A stretch of 64,000 bases of DNA from the NCBI GenBank assembly GCA_964653195.1, contig CAZZCX010000003.1, forward strand, positions 11,688-75,687, given 5' to 3'. Source of the DNA: an uncultured Gammaproteobacteria bacterium. Its GTDB lineage: Bacteria; Patescibacteriota; Microgenomatia; Levybacterales; UBA12049. The notes under the pieces are model-generated. The model was not told where the DNA came from and ran no database searches. It saw nothing but the letters and a program-made list of their open reading frames with translations. The position numbers were made by a program, and so were the translations under genes. Of this stretch, positions 1 through 10,627 are shown piece by piece (position 1 is the first letter of the stretch; each line of letters starts with the position of its first letter).

Positions 1-2
1 TT

Positions 3-917
3 TTTTCGATAATTACACCAGAACAAAAAGAAATTTTATTGACAAATAAAGAGCTTGATTTCTCGCATGGATATGGTGGTGGTATATATGGAGATAAGGG
101 GAGATTTCGTATAAATGTCTATTACCAGAGAGGTTATTTAGCATCGGCTTTACGATTTCTTCCTCCGACTATCAAATCGATTGATGAGTTGGGTTTGCCT
201 AAGATTTGTCATGAGTTTTCGCTTTTAAAGCAGGGTTTTGTACTAATTACTGGGCCTACTGGGCATGGAAAGTCAACAACACTTGCAGCAATGTTGAATG
301 AAATCAATACTTCCCGACCTTGTCATATAATAACAATAGAAGATCCAATTGAGTATGTTTATCCCGTAGGTAGCAGCGTAATTTCACAACGCGAAATCGG
401 TTCAGACTCTCATTCATGGGCAATGGCTCTTAGGGCAGCTTTAAGGGAAGATCCGGATGTAGTTTTAGTTGGAGAAATGCGTGATCCAGAGACGATGAGC
501 GCTGCTATAACACTTGCAGAGACTGGACATTTGGTTTTTGCCACACTTCATACAAATTCTGCGTCCCAAAGTATTGATAGAATTGTTGATGCATTTCCTG
601 ATGATCAGCGTTCGCAGGTACGGATACAGCTAGCTGCAATTCTAAAAGGTGTTATTTCACAGCGTTTGATCCCAAAAATAGGCGGTGGGAGAATAGTAGC
701 AGCTGAAATTCTTATAGGCACGCCCGCGGTAACAAGTAATATAAGAGATGGTAAGACGCATCTTATAGACTCAGTAATACAGACTTCTAAAGATGTCGGC
801 ATGATGACACTGGAATCTTCACTTGCACAGTTAGTTCTTCAAGGAACAATAACCTTAGACGATGCAAAAGGGTATGCCACACATGAACAAGAACTTATCA
901 GAATGACATCTGGTTAA
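3..917 (+). CDS. pilT: Type IV pilus retraction ATPase PilT (5' end outside window)
   Basis: Walker A GPTGHGKSTT, IEDPIE, ALREDPDVVLVGEMRD, TGHLVFATLH; frame is open back to the window start. Confidence 0.93.
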   Translation, partial: FSIITPEQKEILLTNKELDFSHGYGGGIYGDKGRFRINVYYQRGYLASALRFLPPTIKSIDELGLPKICHEFSLLKQGFVLITGPTGHGKSTTLAAMLNEINTSRPCHIITIEDPIEYVYPVGSSVISQREIGSDSHSWAMALRAALREDPDVVLVGEMRDPETMSAAITLAETGHLVFATLHTNSASQSIDRIVDAFPDDQRSQVRIQLAAILKGVISQRLIPKIGGGRIVAAEILIGTPAVTSNIRDGKTHLIDSVIQTSKDVGMMTLESSLAQLVLQGTITLDDAKGYATHEQELIRMTSG

Positions 918-994
918 ATTGTTTTGCGTAAACTAAAGTTAAATAATTATTTCAGAAAATCACAAGCTTAATCCTCTTAATAAAAACATAAATT

Positions 995-2200
995 ATGAAG
1001 TATTTTTATATAGCAGCAGGAATTAACGGAAAAAAAGTGAAAGGTTTTGTAGAGGCTACAGAAACTTCAAAAGCAGCTCAGTTTCTAAGAGAACGTCATC
1101 TTTTACCTATTCGCATTGAACAACAAAAAGAGCACGCCTATCTTCCCCGTCTTCAGATATTCAAGCGCATGGGGAATAGAGATATCGCATTATTCACAAG
1201 ACAAGTATCAACTATGCTCACATCTGGACTTACGCTTACTCAGTCTTTAGAAATAATCAAAAATCAAGTACGTAAGCAGTCCGTAGCTGTTGTAGTAGAT
1301 AGCTTAATAACGAGCATTGAAGAGGGTAAATCTTTTTCTGATTCATTGGCTCAGTTTCCAGATTTATTTTCCCCTATTTACATTTCGTTAGTGAAAGCCG
1401 GTGAGTCAGCAGGACTCTTAGATAAAGTTTTGATTCGTCTTGCAGATTCACTTGAAAAAAGGGATAAAATTAATGCAAAAGTAAGAGGAGCATTGTTGTA
1501 TCCTGCAATTGTTTTAACACTTATGGTCATCGTTACCATAATTATGTTAATCTTTGTGATACCACAATTAAGTAGCTTATACGATTCAATGGAGCTACAA
1601 ATGCCTTTGCCCACCCAAATTATAGTGGGCATATCTGAGATTATTACACAATATATTTTACTTATCATTATTACTATATTCGCAATCGTTTTTTATTTTA
1701 ATAAATGGCGCAAGTCAGAATCAGGAAAAAGAATTATAGATAATTTGATATTGAATATTCCTTTCTTTGGTAAGATGTTTCATTATTCGATTCTAACCGA
1801 ATTTGCCCGTACTTTCGGTCTTTTAATAAGTACTGGAACTTTGGTCATTGACGGATTGCTGAAAAGCGCTGATGTATTAGGTAATACTGTGTACAAACAG
1901 GCTGTTTTGAAACTAGCGGAAAATGTAGAGAAAGGTGTTTCAATTGGTGACGCAATGAATGCCAATCCATTGTTTCCGGCAATTTTAATTGAAATGGTAA
2001 AAGTCGGTGAACAGACCGGCAAACTTGACGAATCGTTAATGCGAGTATCGGAATATTTTGAGCAGGAAGATGAGCAAATTGTTCACACACTAACGACTTC
2101 ACTTGAGCCCTTTATTATGATAATACTAGCAATAGGTGTAGGAATTCTTATTATTTCGGTTGTCACGCCAATTTATAATCTGCTTTCATCATTTCAATAA
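995..2200 (+). CDS. pilC: Type IV pilus inner-membrane platform protein PilC/GspF
   Basis: Two T2SSF repeats (GESAGLLDKVL, GEQTGKLDESL), LLYP and LEP motifs, TM segments. Confidence 0.92.
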   Translation: MKYFYIAAGINGKKVKGFVEATETSKAAQFLRERHLLPIRIEQQKEHAYLPRLQIFKRMGNRDIALFTRQVSTMLTSGLTLTQSLEIIKNQVRKQSVAVVVDSLITSIEEGKSFSDSLAQFPDLFSPIYISLVKAGESAGLLDKVLIRLADSLEKRDKINAKVRGALLYPAIVLTLMVIVTIIMLIFVIPQLSSLYDSMELQMPLPTQIIVGISEIITQYILLIIITIFAIVFYFNKWRKSESGKRIIDNLILNIPFFGKMFHYSILTEFARTFGLLISTGTLVIDGLLKSADVLGNTVYKQAVLKLAENVEKGVSIGDAMNANPLFPAILIEMVKVGEQTGKLDESLMRVSEYFEQEDEQIVHTLTTSLEPFIMIILAIGVGILIISVVTPIYNLLSSFQ

Positions 2201-2285
2201 TGTATATTTCACTTAAAAAATAAATCAATAATTACTAGATTTCTTGACAATGTTTTGAGGATGTGTTGTACTAGAGTTAAGTTTT

Positions 2286-2747
2286 ATGAAAAAGTATTAT
2301 AAGCAACTGAAAATTCAAATTACTGGTGGATTTACATTAATTGAGCTATTAATCGTTATCTCAATACTAGGAATATTAGCAGCAGCTACACTTGCTATTC
2401 TTGATCCTATTGATAAGATAAGAGCTGGAAATGATTCAAAAGTACAACAAGATGTAACTACAGTTGCAAAAGCAGCTGAAGCATATGCAGCCATAAATAA
2501 TGGAGATTATCCAACTGGTACCAGTTTTACAGATATCGTGAACATTCTGATAGCTTCGGGTGATCTAAGGGGGACACCTATCGCGCCAGGAGGTTACAGT
2601 GAATATGTTTGGTCAGGGGATTCTTCATATTTTACAGTTTCCGGTCAACTGCGTTCCAAAAGATATAAAGATACTACTGTTTTTAAATATACTTCAGGTA
2701 GTGGTAAGTCATGTGCTTCAGTTGATGTTGATGAAAATTGCCCATAA
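2286..2747 (+). CDS. Type IV pilin (candidate major pilin)
   Basis: Class III signal GFTLIELLIVISILGILAA; C-terminal Cys pair. Confidence 0.85.
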   Translation: MKKYYKQLKIQITGGFTLIELLIVISILGILAAATLAILDPIDKIRAGNDSKVQQDVTTVAKAAEAYAAINNGDYPTGTSFTDIVNILIASGDLRGTPIAPGGYSEYVWSGDSSYFTVSGQLRSKRYKDTTVFKYTSGSGKSCASVDVDENCP

Positions 2748-2791
2748 TCTCCTGTTTATTTCTCGGGTTTAGATTGTGATATTATGAGTAT

Positions 2792-3556
2792 ATGCTTATA
2801 TTGTTTTTTTTAATTCTAGGTGCAGTAGTGGGAAGTTTTTTAGGTGTAATCGCGTATAGAGTACCTAAAAAAGAATCGATCGTATTTCCTGCGTCACATT
2901 GTCCTCATTGTAGACATAAACTCCTTTGGTATGATCTTATACCCATAGTTTCGTATCTATCTTTATTGGGGAAATGCAGATATTGTAGAAAACCCATTTC
3001 TTTTGTTACGCTAGCAGTTGAAATTTGGACATCCTTACTTTTTGTACTGATTTATATTTTTTTCCCAGGAGTGCATTTAATTCAGCTTATATATTATTTA
3101 GCTATAGGTTCAATTTTTACTGTGATATTTTTTACAGATTATATGTATGGGATTATCCCCTTTCAGATATCAATTATAGGGTTTTTTATAACTTTTTTCT
3201 ATTTACTTTTTAGCTTTTCTCCATCAGTCGTTATTGTTCATTTTTTTTCTGCTATAGGTGCTTTTTTGTCTTTCCTATTTCTATTTCTTATAACCCGTGG
3301 TAAAGGGATGGGTTTTGGAGATGTCATACTTGTTGCACTTATGGGCATTTTACTTGGTTTTCCGGATATTATATTTGCATTATATATCGCTTTCTTGACA
3401 GGAGCAATTATGTCTGGCTTTTTGATTTTAATAGGAAGAAAGAAGTTAAAAAATGATTCTATACCTTTTGGTCCTTTTCTTGTTATCGGTACATTAGCTA
3501 GTTTTTTTTATGGTACTCAGATTTTAAATCTAGTTAGATACTATCTGCCCTTATGA
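2792..3556 (+). CDS. pilD: Prepilin peptidase / N-methyltransferase
   Basis: SHCPHC...GKCRYC Zn motif, GMGFGD and IPFGPFL motifs. Confidence 0.93.
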   Translation: MLILFFLILGAVVGSFLGVIAYRVPKKESIVFPASHCPHCRHKLLWYDLIPIVSYLSLLGKCRYCRKPISFVTLAVEIWTSLLFVLIYIFFPGVHLIQLIYYLAIGSIFTVIFFTDYMYGIIPFQISIIGFFITFFYLLFSFSPSVVIVHFFSAIGAFLSFLFLFLITRGKGMGFGDVILVALMGILLGFPDIIFALYIAFLTGAIMSGFLILIGRKKLKNDSIPFGPFLVIGTLASFFYGTQILNLVRYYLPL

Positions 3557-4035
3557 TTAAAAGGTTATCTCAGATTTGCAATAAACAGAAAACTAGTGGT
3601 TTTACTTTAGTTGAATTAGTTATAACTATAGCAGTACTTTCTATTTTGATGGTTGGGGTCTTGACATTAATAAATCCTGTCAGTGAAGTTAAGAAGGGTC
3701 TGGATGCAAAGCGGAAATCGGATTTAGCTCAAATACAAAGACTTTTAGAATTGTATTACCATGATAATGGTGAGTATCCATCAAGCATTCCATTCGGAGA
3801 GAGTTGGGATACCTACTCAAATAAATTGCCGAATGACCCAAGTCCGCCGAAGAAATATGCGTACCGCGGAACCGGTCAATCTTATTATCTTTATGCCAGT
3901 TTAGATCAGGGTATTTTAGATAAAAGTATATGTAAAAGTGATGGTTCTGCTTGCGATAATGCGTCAGGATTAACTTGTGGAGAAACTAATGATATATGTA
4001 ATTATGGAGTGGGAAGTACAGATATATTACCATGA
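3553..4035 (+). CDS. GspG-like type IV pilin
   Basis: GFTLVEL N-methylation motif; DAKRKSDL...LELYYHDNGEYP. Confidence 0.85.
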   Translation: MIKRLSQICNKQKTSGFTLVELVITIAVLSILMVGVLTLINPVSEVKKGLDAKRKSDLAQIQRLLELYYHDNGEYPSSIPFGESWDTYSNKLPNDPSPPKKYAYRGTGQSYYLYASLDQGILDKSICKSDGSACDNASGLTCGETNDICNYGVGSTDILP

Positions 4036-4466
4036 ATAAATTATCAGAAAAAGGATTTACACTTATAGAGCTATTAGTAACTATTGCTATCATAGGTATT
4101 CTCTCGTCTGTTTTATTAGTGAACCTATCGGGTTTTAGAGAAAGAACTCGGGATGTACAGCGTAAACGTGATTTGAGAACGCTACAGACAGCCTTGGAGC
4201 TTTACAGAGCAGATTCAACCTCTTACCCTGAAACTCTACCTGAATGTGGTTTAGATTTTGTAAGCGTTGATAGTACAATTATATATTTAAAGAAAATTCC
4301 ATGTGATCCTTTGAGCAAACCTTTGAGCAAAGTAAAATATAACTACAATAAGTCATTAAATACTTATGAATTATTTGCCTGTCTCGAAAACGAGACAGAT
4401 TCTGAGCAAGATACATCTAAGAAATCGGAGTGTAGTAAAGCTTCATTTACAGTAGAAAGTCCTTAA
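4032..4466 (+). CDS. GspG-like type IV pilin
   Basis: GFTLIEL motif; RDVQRKRDL...ALELY...YP. Confidence 0.85.
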   Translation: MNKLSEKGFTLIELLVTIAIIGILSSVLLVNLSGFRERTRDVQRKRDLRTLQTALELYRADSTSYPETLPECGLDFVSVDSTIIYLKKIPCDPLSKPLSKVKYNYNKSLNTYELFACLENETDSEQDTSKKSECSKASFTVESP

Positions 4467-4484
4467 CTGACAAATTAAGATTTT

Positions 4485-5003
4485 ATGGCAATAAATTTAC
4501 CTATCAAACGTCAGAGGATTTTCAAAGGATTTACTCTCATTGAAATCGTTGTCGCGTCAGCATTATTAATGACAGTAAGTGTTGTGAGCGTTGCAAACTT
4601 CACGCGCTATTCAGAATCTCAGAAAATAAAAAATGTCGCTATGGATTTGTCACTTATTCTTCAAAAAGCTAGATCTCGGGCTCAAGCTCAGATCAAACCT
4701 TCTGATATAAGCATATGCGAAGGTTATCCTTTGAAGGGATACGAAGTAAGAATATGTAGTTCAATGGTAGAAACCTGCATTGATGGTGATTCATATGGTC
4801 TATATGTACATTGTGGGACTGATTTTCAGCTGATAGAAATGAAGTATCTACCTCAGAAAGTACGATTTGGAGTCGGAAGCGACAGGTCATTTTATTTTGA
4901 ATTAATGAAAGGAACTGTAAATGAAGGACTTATTGTTCTTGATTCAGATAATATTCAAAAAACAATTGAAATAAATAATTTAGGCAGCATAAATATTTTA
5001 TAG
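4485..5003 (+). CDS. Minor pilin (FimT/GspH-like)
   Basis: GFTLIEI motif; position in minor-pilin series. Confidence 0.75.
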   Translation: MAINLPIKRQRIFKGFTLIEIVVASALLMTVSVVSVANFTRYSESQKIKNVAMDLSLILQKARSRAQAQIKPSDISICEGYPLKGYEVRICSSMVETCIDGDSYGLYVHCGTDFQLIEMKYLPQKVRFGVGSDRSFYFELMKGTVNEGLIVLDSDNIQKTIEINNLGSINIL

Positions 5004-5013
5004 CAATATTTAT

Positions 5014-5541
5014 ATGAAAATAATATTAGAAGCAAAAAATAATTTTCGTCACTATGTAAATCGCGGTTCTTCGCTTCTAGAAATTGTTGTCGCTTTGGGA
5101 GCATTAGCAGTATTATTTACTATCACCTCTACAGCGATTATAAGTGCTTTAAATAATGCAACGGAATCTAAATTTCAAAACCAGGCTAGTATTTTTGCTT
5201 CAGAAGGAATCGAAATACTAAGGCAAATGAAAGAATCCAGTTGGAATACTTTCGATAGTTATTCAGGTAATTATTGCCTTGCATATAACTGTAAAAGTTT
5301 AACATCATTTGATGAATGCGGTCCTACGGTTTCGACTTGTGGTAAAAATATTTATGAATACAGTAGAAGTGTCACTCTATTAAGAAATGATCCGGATTGT
5401 ACTGGAGATGGTAATAATTCAACAAAAGCAATTGTAAAGGTGTCATGGCATGATAGTAAATGTGCTCCAGGTATTAAGTTTTGTAGAAATGTAAGTATGG
5501 AAACGTGTTTTTCTAATATTTATTACAATTCTGGGCTTTAA
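5014..5541 (+). CDS. Minor pilin (PilV-like)
   Basis: GSSLLEIVVA motif; A-x-EGIE and VKVSW motifs. Confidence 0.72.
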   Translation: MKIILEAKNNFRHYVNRGSSLLEIVVALGALAVLFTITSTAIISALNNATESKFQNQASIFASEGIEILRQMKESSWNTFDSYSGNYCLAYNCKSLTSFDECGPTVSTCGKNIYEYSRSVTLLRNDPDCTGDGNNSTKAIVKVSWHDSKCAPGIKFCRNVSMETCFSNIYYNSGL

Positions 5542-5549
5542 CAAATAGT

Positions 5550-6113
5550 ATGACGAAGTATTTAAAAGAAGAAAACGGATTTACTTTAATAGAGTTATTA
5601 ATAGGCCTTTTTATAATAAGTACTATTGGTACATTAGTAGTAGGAATTTTATGGGTTTCTTTGAAAAGTACTGTAAAGATAAACAATATGAACATTATAA
5701 GGCATCATAGTAACTATGCTGTTTTGCAGATAACCAAAATGCTTCAATTTGCCAAAGAGTTTCAAGGTGTGAGTCAAGATGGTATAACTTTCACAACGAA
5801 TTGCGAGTCGCCTAGTATACCAGTAGGTTCAATTTATTCCTCTGTCCGGATTTCTAATCATGATGGTGGAATAACTACCTTGTCTTGTTTAGGTAATGAT
5901 AATACAATCGCATCAAATAGTGCTTCACTTTTTAGCATAGAAACGTTTGAAGTTACTGATTGTAATTTTACATGCACACAAATAAGTGAAGGTTCTTCAT
6001 ACTCGGTAGGCTTCCATTTTAAAGTTCAAAAAAAGACTGACGGGAATATCCTAGATGATCCGGCTGCTTTAAACTTTCAAAATACAGTAACCATCAGGAA
6101 TTCGTATCTATGA
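5550..6113 (+). CDS. Minor pilin (PilW-like)
   Basis: GFTLIELLI motif; gene order. Confidence 0.72.
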   Translation: MTKYLKEENGFTLIELLIGLFIISTIGTLVVGILWVSLKSTVKINNMNIIRHHSNYAVLQITKMLQFAKEFQGVSQDGITFTTNCESPSIPVGSIYSSVRISNHDGGITTLSCLGNDNTIASNSASLFSIETFEVTDCNFTCTQISEGSSYSVGFHFKVQKKTDGNILDDPAALNFQNTVTIRNSYL

Positions 6114-6143
6114 GTTTATTGACATCATTTATGAGGGGTTGGT

Positions 6144-7019
6144 ATGCTTAATTTAGCTTACATCATTTATCCTATGTTTATTAAATTACAAAAACATAAT
6201 TTAAATCAGTCATCAATAATTGAAAGAGGTCAGGTATTACTGTATGTAGTGCTGCTTGTAACAGTGCTTCTTACAGTAGTTATGTCTACTCTTTCTCGTA
6301 GCATAGTGAACGTACGTTTAAGTGTACAAGAGGACCAGTCTTTAAAAGCTCTTGCAGCAGCTGAGGCAGGTATTGAAAAATCATTTTCAGGTGATAGTGC
6401 GCTTACTGGTGTTTTATCGAATGATAGTAGTTATACGACACAAGTTAGGCAAGTAAGCGGTTCGACATTTTTATTAAATAACGGTAGATTAGTATTGAAA
6501 GATGAAGGTGCTGATATTTGGGTTTCTGATTATTCAGATGATCCAAGCTTAATTTATAAAAATCCTTGGAATGGGACACTCTATATTTATTGGGGTAATT
6601 CATCTGATAGTTGTATTGGATCAGAGGTTGATAACACAATGGCTGCATTAGAAGTTGTGGTTTTACAAGGCCCAAAATTAACTCCTACTGTTAAAAGGCT
6701 GGCATTTGATCCCTGCGGCTCGCGTAATATTATAAATAATTTTTCTTCACCTTCAATAGGGAGTTTTTCGATCGATGGTAAAACTTTTGTATATAGAGCC
6801 ACTTTGCATATTAGTACATCGGCTCTTTATGTCAGAGTTATTCCATTATATGCAAATACATACATGGCTATAACGGCAAATCCTGCTTTACCAGCTCAGG
6901 GAACAATAATAAGCTCAACCGGTACATCTGGAGATGCTAAGCGTACAATATCAGTATTGAAAGAAAATCCTTCCCTTCCGTCTGAGTTTATATTGTATTC
7001 TTTTATGTGGCCAAAATAA
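6144..7019 (+). CDS. Minor pilin (PilX-like); start may be 6174
   Basis: GQVLL (no Glu5), hydrophobic helix, ALAAAEAGIE motif. Confidence 0.72.
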   Translation: MLNLAYIIYPMFIKLQKHNLNQSSIIERGQVLLYVVLLVTVLLTVVMSTLSRSIVNVRLSVQEDQSLKALAAAEAGIEKSFSGDSALTGVLSNDSSYTTQVRQVSGSTFLLNNGRLVLKDEGADIWVSDYSDDPSLIYKNPWNGTLYIYWGNSSDSCIGSEVDNTMAALEVVVLQGPKLTPTVKRLAFDPCGSRNIINNFSSPSIGSFSIDGKTFVYRATLHISTSALYVRVIPLYANTYMAITANPALPAQGTIISSTGTSGDAKRTISVLKENPSLPSEFILYSFMWPK

Positions 7020-7059
7020 AAATGCTATTAGCATTATTATATTTATCAGTATTTAATAT

Positions 7060-8076
7060 ATGAATAATTCATTCGGTCTGGATATAGGGTTGACTACAAT
7101 TAAAGCGGTTTTTTTACAAAATGAGAAAGACGGAATTCATTTTAAATCTTCGATTATTGCTAAAACACCTATTAAGGGTATACTCTCTGATACCACACTT
7201 GATCAAGAAGAAATCGCACAAACAATCCGTCAAATTGTAAATGATGGAAAAATTCCTGTAAGGAGCGTGAATCTGGCATTGTCGGATAACCATATTTTTG
7301 CAAAAGTTATTGATATGCCACAGTTGTCAGATAAAGAATTAGCTAGTGCTATTTATTGGGAAGCAGAGCAGCATATACCCGTACCTCTTTCAACTATAAA
7401 TCTGGATTGGGTTGTTTTACGTCGGGATTTTGGAAGTCAAAAATATATGCAGGTTTTGCTAATCGGAGCACCAATCAGTGTACTTAGAAAATACGAAAAG
7501 GTTTTTGAGTACGCTGGTCTAAACGTCGAAAGTTTAGAAACTGAAACTCTCTCAGCTATTAGAGCTATAGTAACTGCTGATGATTTCCCAAATTCACTTA
7601 TTGTGAATATCGGTAGCCTTGGAACCACTTTAGCCATAATACAGAAAAATACACTCGTTTTTATATATACCATTCCTTTGGGTGGTATGGCTATGAATCG
7701 AAGTATAGCTTCAGAGTTTGGTTTTAATAGTATTCAGGCGGAAGAATATAAAAAGACATATGGTATGAATGAATCTGACTTTGGAGGGAAAATTAAAGCT
7801 TCTATGCAGCCTATTTTATTGTCTATGACGTCAGAAATAAAAAAAGCACTTTCTTTTTATAATGATAAATATAAAGAAGATCAACCTGTTAAACAGATCA
7901 TACTGACTGGTGGAACTGCGCGAATACCTGGAATTGTTTCAGTGTTTGTTGAACAGACGGGATTTGAAACTGTTATAGCGAATCCCTGGAAAGCATTGTC
8001 TATACGTAATGTACCCTCTGACTTAATTGAATCTGGTCCTGAGTATACGATAGCTGTAGGATTGGCTTTAAAATAA
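7060..8076 (+). CDS. pilM: Type IV pilus assembly protein PilM
   Basis: GLDIG N-terminus, EAEQHIP, ILTGGTARIPG, IAVGLA C-terminus. Confidence 0.92.
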   Translation: MNNSFGLDIGLTTIKAVFLQNEKDGIHFKSSIIAKTPIKGILSDTTLDQEEIAQTIRQIVNDGKIPVRSVNLALSDNHIFAKVIDMPQLSDKELASAIYWEAEQHIPVPLSTINLDWVVLRRDFGSQKYMQVLLIGAPISVLRKYEKVFEYAGLNVESLETETLSAIRAIVTADDFPNSLIVNIGSLGTTLAIIQKNTLVFIYTIPLGGMAMNRSIASEFGFNSIQAEEYKKTYGMNESDFGGKIKASMQPILLSMTSEIKKALSFYNDKYKEDQPVKQIILTGGTARIPGIVSVFVEQTGFETVIANPWKALSIRNVPSDLIESGPEYTIAVGLALK

Positions 8077-8079
8077 TTC

Positions 8080-8610
8080 ATGAATAATCAAATTAATTTA
8101 CAATTAGGAAAGACACAGAGTTCTCCGTCACTTGCTAAGAAACGCGCATTTTTTCATACTATCTCAATCAGTTTGCTTTTTGGATTCGCTTTTTTTTCTA
8201 TAGTTCTATTTATATTAATTTCTCTTTCTCCCCTTCCGAGCCTTCAAGAGCGTGAAAAAGTAGAAACAAAAAGATTAAGTTTTTTTAAGGATACTATCGT
8301 AAAGATAAATTTAACAAAAGAAAGGATAGATAATGTAGATAAGATTCTTCGAGATAGACCTACTTACTCACAGTCATTACTCACCATAAAAAATTTATTG
8401 CCTACTGAAGCAGCAATTAACGAAATACATCTAAATGATAAAAATTTAACATTTACAATAACGAGCAAATCGTTATTGCCATTGGATACTTTCTTAAATT
8501 CGCTAAAGATGGAAAGTGAAAAGGGAGAAAAGTTTAAAAAGATTACTATAGTGACACTAGAGAAAAATCTTGATAAAGAAGTATATATTTTAGTATTAAA
8601 ATTAGTATGA
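8080..8610 (+). CDS. PilN-like protein
   Basis: N-terminal QINL motif, TM plus coiled coil, follows pilM. Confidence 0.7.
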   Translation: MNNQINLQLGKTQSSPSLAKKRAFFHTISISLLFGFAFFSIVLFILISLSPLPSLQEREKVETKRLSFFKDTIVKINLTKERIDNVDKILRDRPTYSQSLLTIKNLLPTEAAINEIHLNDKNLTFTITSKSLLPLDTFLNSLKMESEKGEKFKKITIVTLEKNLDKEVYILVLKLV

Positions 8611-9287
8611 ATAATGAACTTCGCTATTATTTAAGACGTTTAGTATTGGCTTACTTTAATTTTCGATATTCACAATATTATCATTTAGCGATACCTGTTG
8701 TTTTAGTGTCATTGGGAATTATTCTGCTTGTATCTTTTATTATCCCTCAAATGAATAATTGGTTTTCCGTACAGAATGAAGTGAAATCCACACAAGCAAG
8801 GATAAATACGATAAGACGAAATACAATAGTTCTTGAAAATATCAACAAAGAAAAGATTGAATCTGAATTTATAGTTGCTAATTTAGCATTACCTTCAAGT
8901 AAAGATTTCAGTGGAATTTTAGATTTAATCAATGACACAACTACTAAAAGTGGTATTTCCTTGGATGATTATGAATTTAGCCTGGGGCCAGTTGAAAATA
9001 AAGATAACATAAATAAATCAAAGTCAGAAATCTCAACTATATTATTGAGCTTAAGTATTGAAGGAGATTCAAATGCATTGGGTATTTTTTTATCGGAAAT
9101 AGAAAGCCAGATACCACTAGCACAAATACATTCTGTTAATTACAGTGAAAATAAAGGCCAAATTCAACTATCATTTATAGTTAAATCTTTTGATGATATT
9201 AATTTTCGCTATGATACACCTTTAACAGTTATGAATAATAAACAAAGGAGCCTAATGCAGAAATTGATTACTTGGAATGCTGATTAA
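8607..9287 (+). CDS. PilO-like protein
   Basis: TM plus coiled coil, ALP motif, follows pilN. Confidence 0.65.
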   Translation: MNNELRYYLRRLVLAYFNFRYSQYYHLAIPVVLVSLGIILLVSFIIPQMNNWFSVQNEVKSTQARINTIRRNTIVLENINKEKIESEFIVANLALPSSKDFSGILDLINDTTTKSGISLDDYEFSLGPVENKDNINKSKSEISTILLSLSIEGDSNALGIFLSEIESQIPLAQIHSVNYSENKGQIQLSFIVKSFDDINFRYDTPLTVMNNKQRSLMQKLITWNAD

Positions 9288-9991
9288 GTGTTTGAGTTAT
9301 CTCTTTTCTCAGTTTTTTTAAGTGATTCGCTGATTCGCCATTTTTCAACCTCTTTATGATTACCTGAAAGTAGTATCTCCGGTACTGGATAATTTTCATA
9401 TACAGACGGTTTGGTAAAATGTGGATATTCTAGAATATGTCTATCTTTATGACTTAAGGAGAATGATTCATTTTGCGTAGCACCATCTTTCAAAACCCCC
9501 TTAAGCAGTCGTGTTACTGCATCGGTGATAAGCATAGCAGGAATTTCTCCTCCTGTAACTACAAAATCGCCAATTGAAATCTCTTCATCTATGTAATTAA
9601 TAATCCTCTCATCAACCCCTTCATAATGTCCACAAATTATAATAAGATGATCTAGAGTAGAATATGTTTCAGCTGTAACTTGAGAAAACTTTTTTCCAGA
9701 AGCGGAAAGTAAAATTACTTTATCTCTTATCGAAGACTTACTTTTATATATTTTTGAAAATGACATTTTAGTATTTGTGATGGCTTTATGTATAACGTCT
9801 ACTCTCAAAACCATACCTATACCTCCTCCATATGGGGTATCGTCTACTGACTTATGTTTTCCGATACCATAATCACGTAAGTTTATATATTCAATCTCAA
9901 TTAATCCTTTCTTTTTTGCATTTTTAATAATTGAATGATCAAAGGGACCTTGGAACATCTCCGGAAAGAGAGTAAGTATGGAAATTTTCAT
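9284..9991 (-). CDS. trmD: tRNA (guanine-N1)-methyltransferase
   Basis: TLFPEMF, VDDTPYGGG, CGHYEGVDER, SIGDFVVTGGE. Confidence 0.97.
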   Translation of the reverse strand: MKISILTLFPEMFQGPFDHSIIKNAKKKGLIEIEYINLRDYGIGKHKSVDDTPYGGGIGMVLRVDVIHKAITNTKMSFSKIYKSKSSIRDKVILLSASGKKFSQVTAETYSTLDHLIIICGHYEGVDERIINYIDEEISIGDFVVTGGEIPAMLITDAVTRLLKGVLKDGATQNESFSLSHKDRHILEYPHFTKPSVYENYPVPEILLSGNHKEVEKWRISESLKKTEKRDNSNT

Positions 9992-10081
9992 AGAATTATA
10001 TCTAAATAGACCTAATGAATTGATGCTTATTCGTAAACAAAAATTGAGTTACATTACTCAATTGATTTGAGACATAAGTAG

Positions 10082-10330
10082 TTATTTTGCAGGAGGTGTA
10101 TTATCTGCAAGAGATATATTGATTCTAATACCCTTTTTTATTGCTGGAATTTTCATTGCGTTACGAATAGATCGTATTATTTTTCCTTCTTTTCCGATAA
10201 TTTTACCGTAATCTGAAGAGTCTGCAGAAATTATAAATTGAGTTATACCGTCTTGCTCTGTCTCTTCTATACTTACCGATTCTGGCTTATCAACGATTGA
10301 TGTAATTATATACTTAAGTGTGTTTTGCAT
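10082..10330 (-). CDS. khpA: KH-domain RNA-binding protein KhpA
   Basis: GKIIGKEGKIIRSIR KH motif; between rpsP and trmD. Confidence 0.85.
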   Translation of the reverse strand: MQNTLKYIITSIVDKPESVSIEETEQDGITQFIISADSSDYGKIIGKEGKIIRSIRNAMKIPAIKKGIRINISLADNTPPAK

Positions 10331-10339
10331 GAGTGAAAC

Positions 10340-10570
10340 TTATTCAGCGACTAGTGACCTTATGGTGTCCGATGGTTGTGCGCCTTTAGAAACCCAGTAA
10401 TTGTATCTGTCCATTTTTAAAACTTTGATATTCTTTGGTTTATTTTTTTCGTACCAGCCTAATAACTCCAAAAAATCACCGTCTCTGCGGCTTCTTTTTT
10501 CTTTTACTATGATACGAAATTTACGTTCTCCTTTTTTGCCAATTCTTGTTGAGCGTATTACTAGCGACAT
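10340..10570 (-). CDS. rpsP: 30S ribosomal protein S16
   Basis: RIGKK...FRII...SRRDG...LGWY...GAQPSDT. Confidence 0.95.
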   Translation of the reverse strand: MSLVIRSTRIGKKGERKFRIIVKEKRSRRDGDFLELLGWYEKNKPKNIKVLKMDRYNYWVSKGAQPSDTIRSLVAE

Positions 10571-10627
10571 ATGGTTAATATTTTAACAGATTGAAGTTTG
10601 ATTCTCAAGGCTTTTTTGAGTTTGATC

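Noticed and set aside
3-9287. Type IV pilus locus with seven pilin-like genes as a novel system
   Set aside because: Typical for Patescibacteria; no unusual component seen.
9284-10570. Absence of rimM/rplS from the rpsP-khpA-trmD cluster, and shortened Tig/PheT/ThrS
   Set aside because: Consistent with ordinary CPR genome reduction; the genes may lie outside the window.
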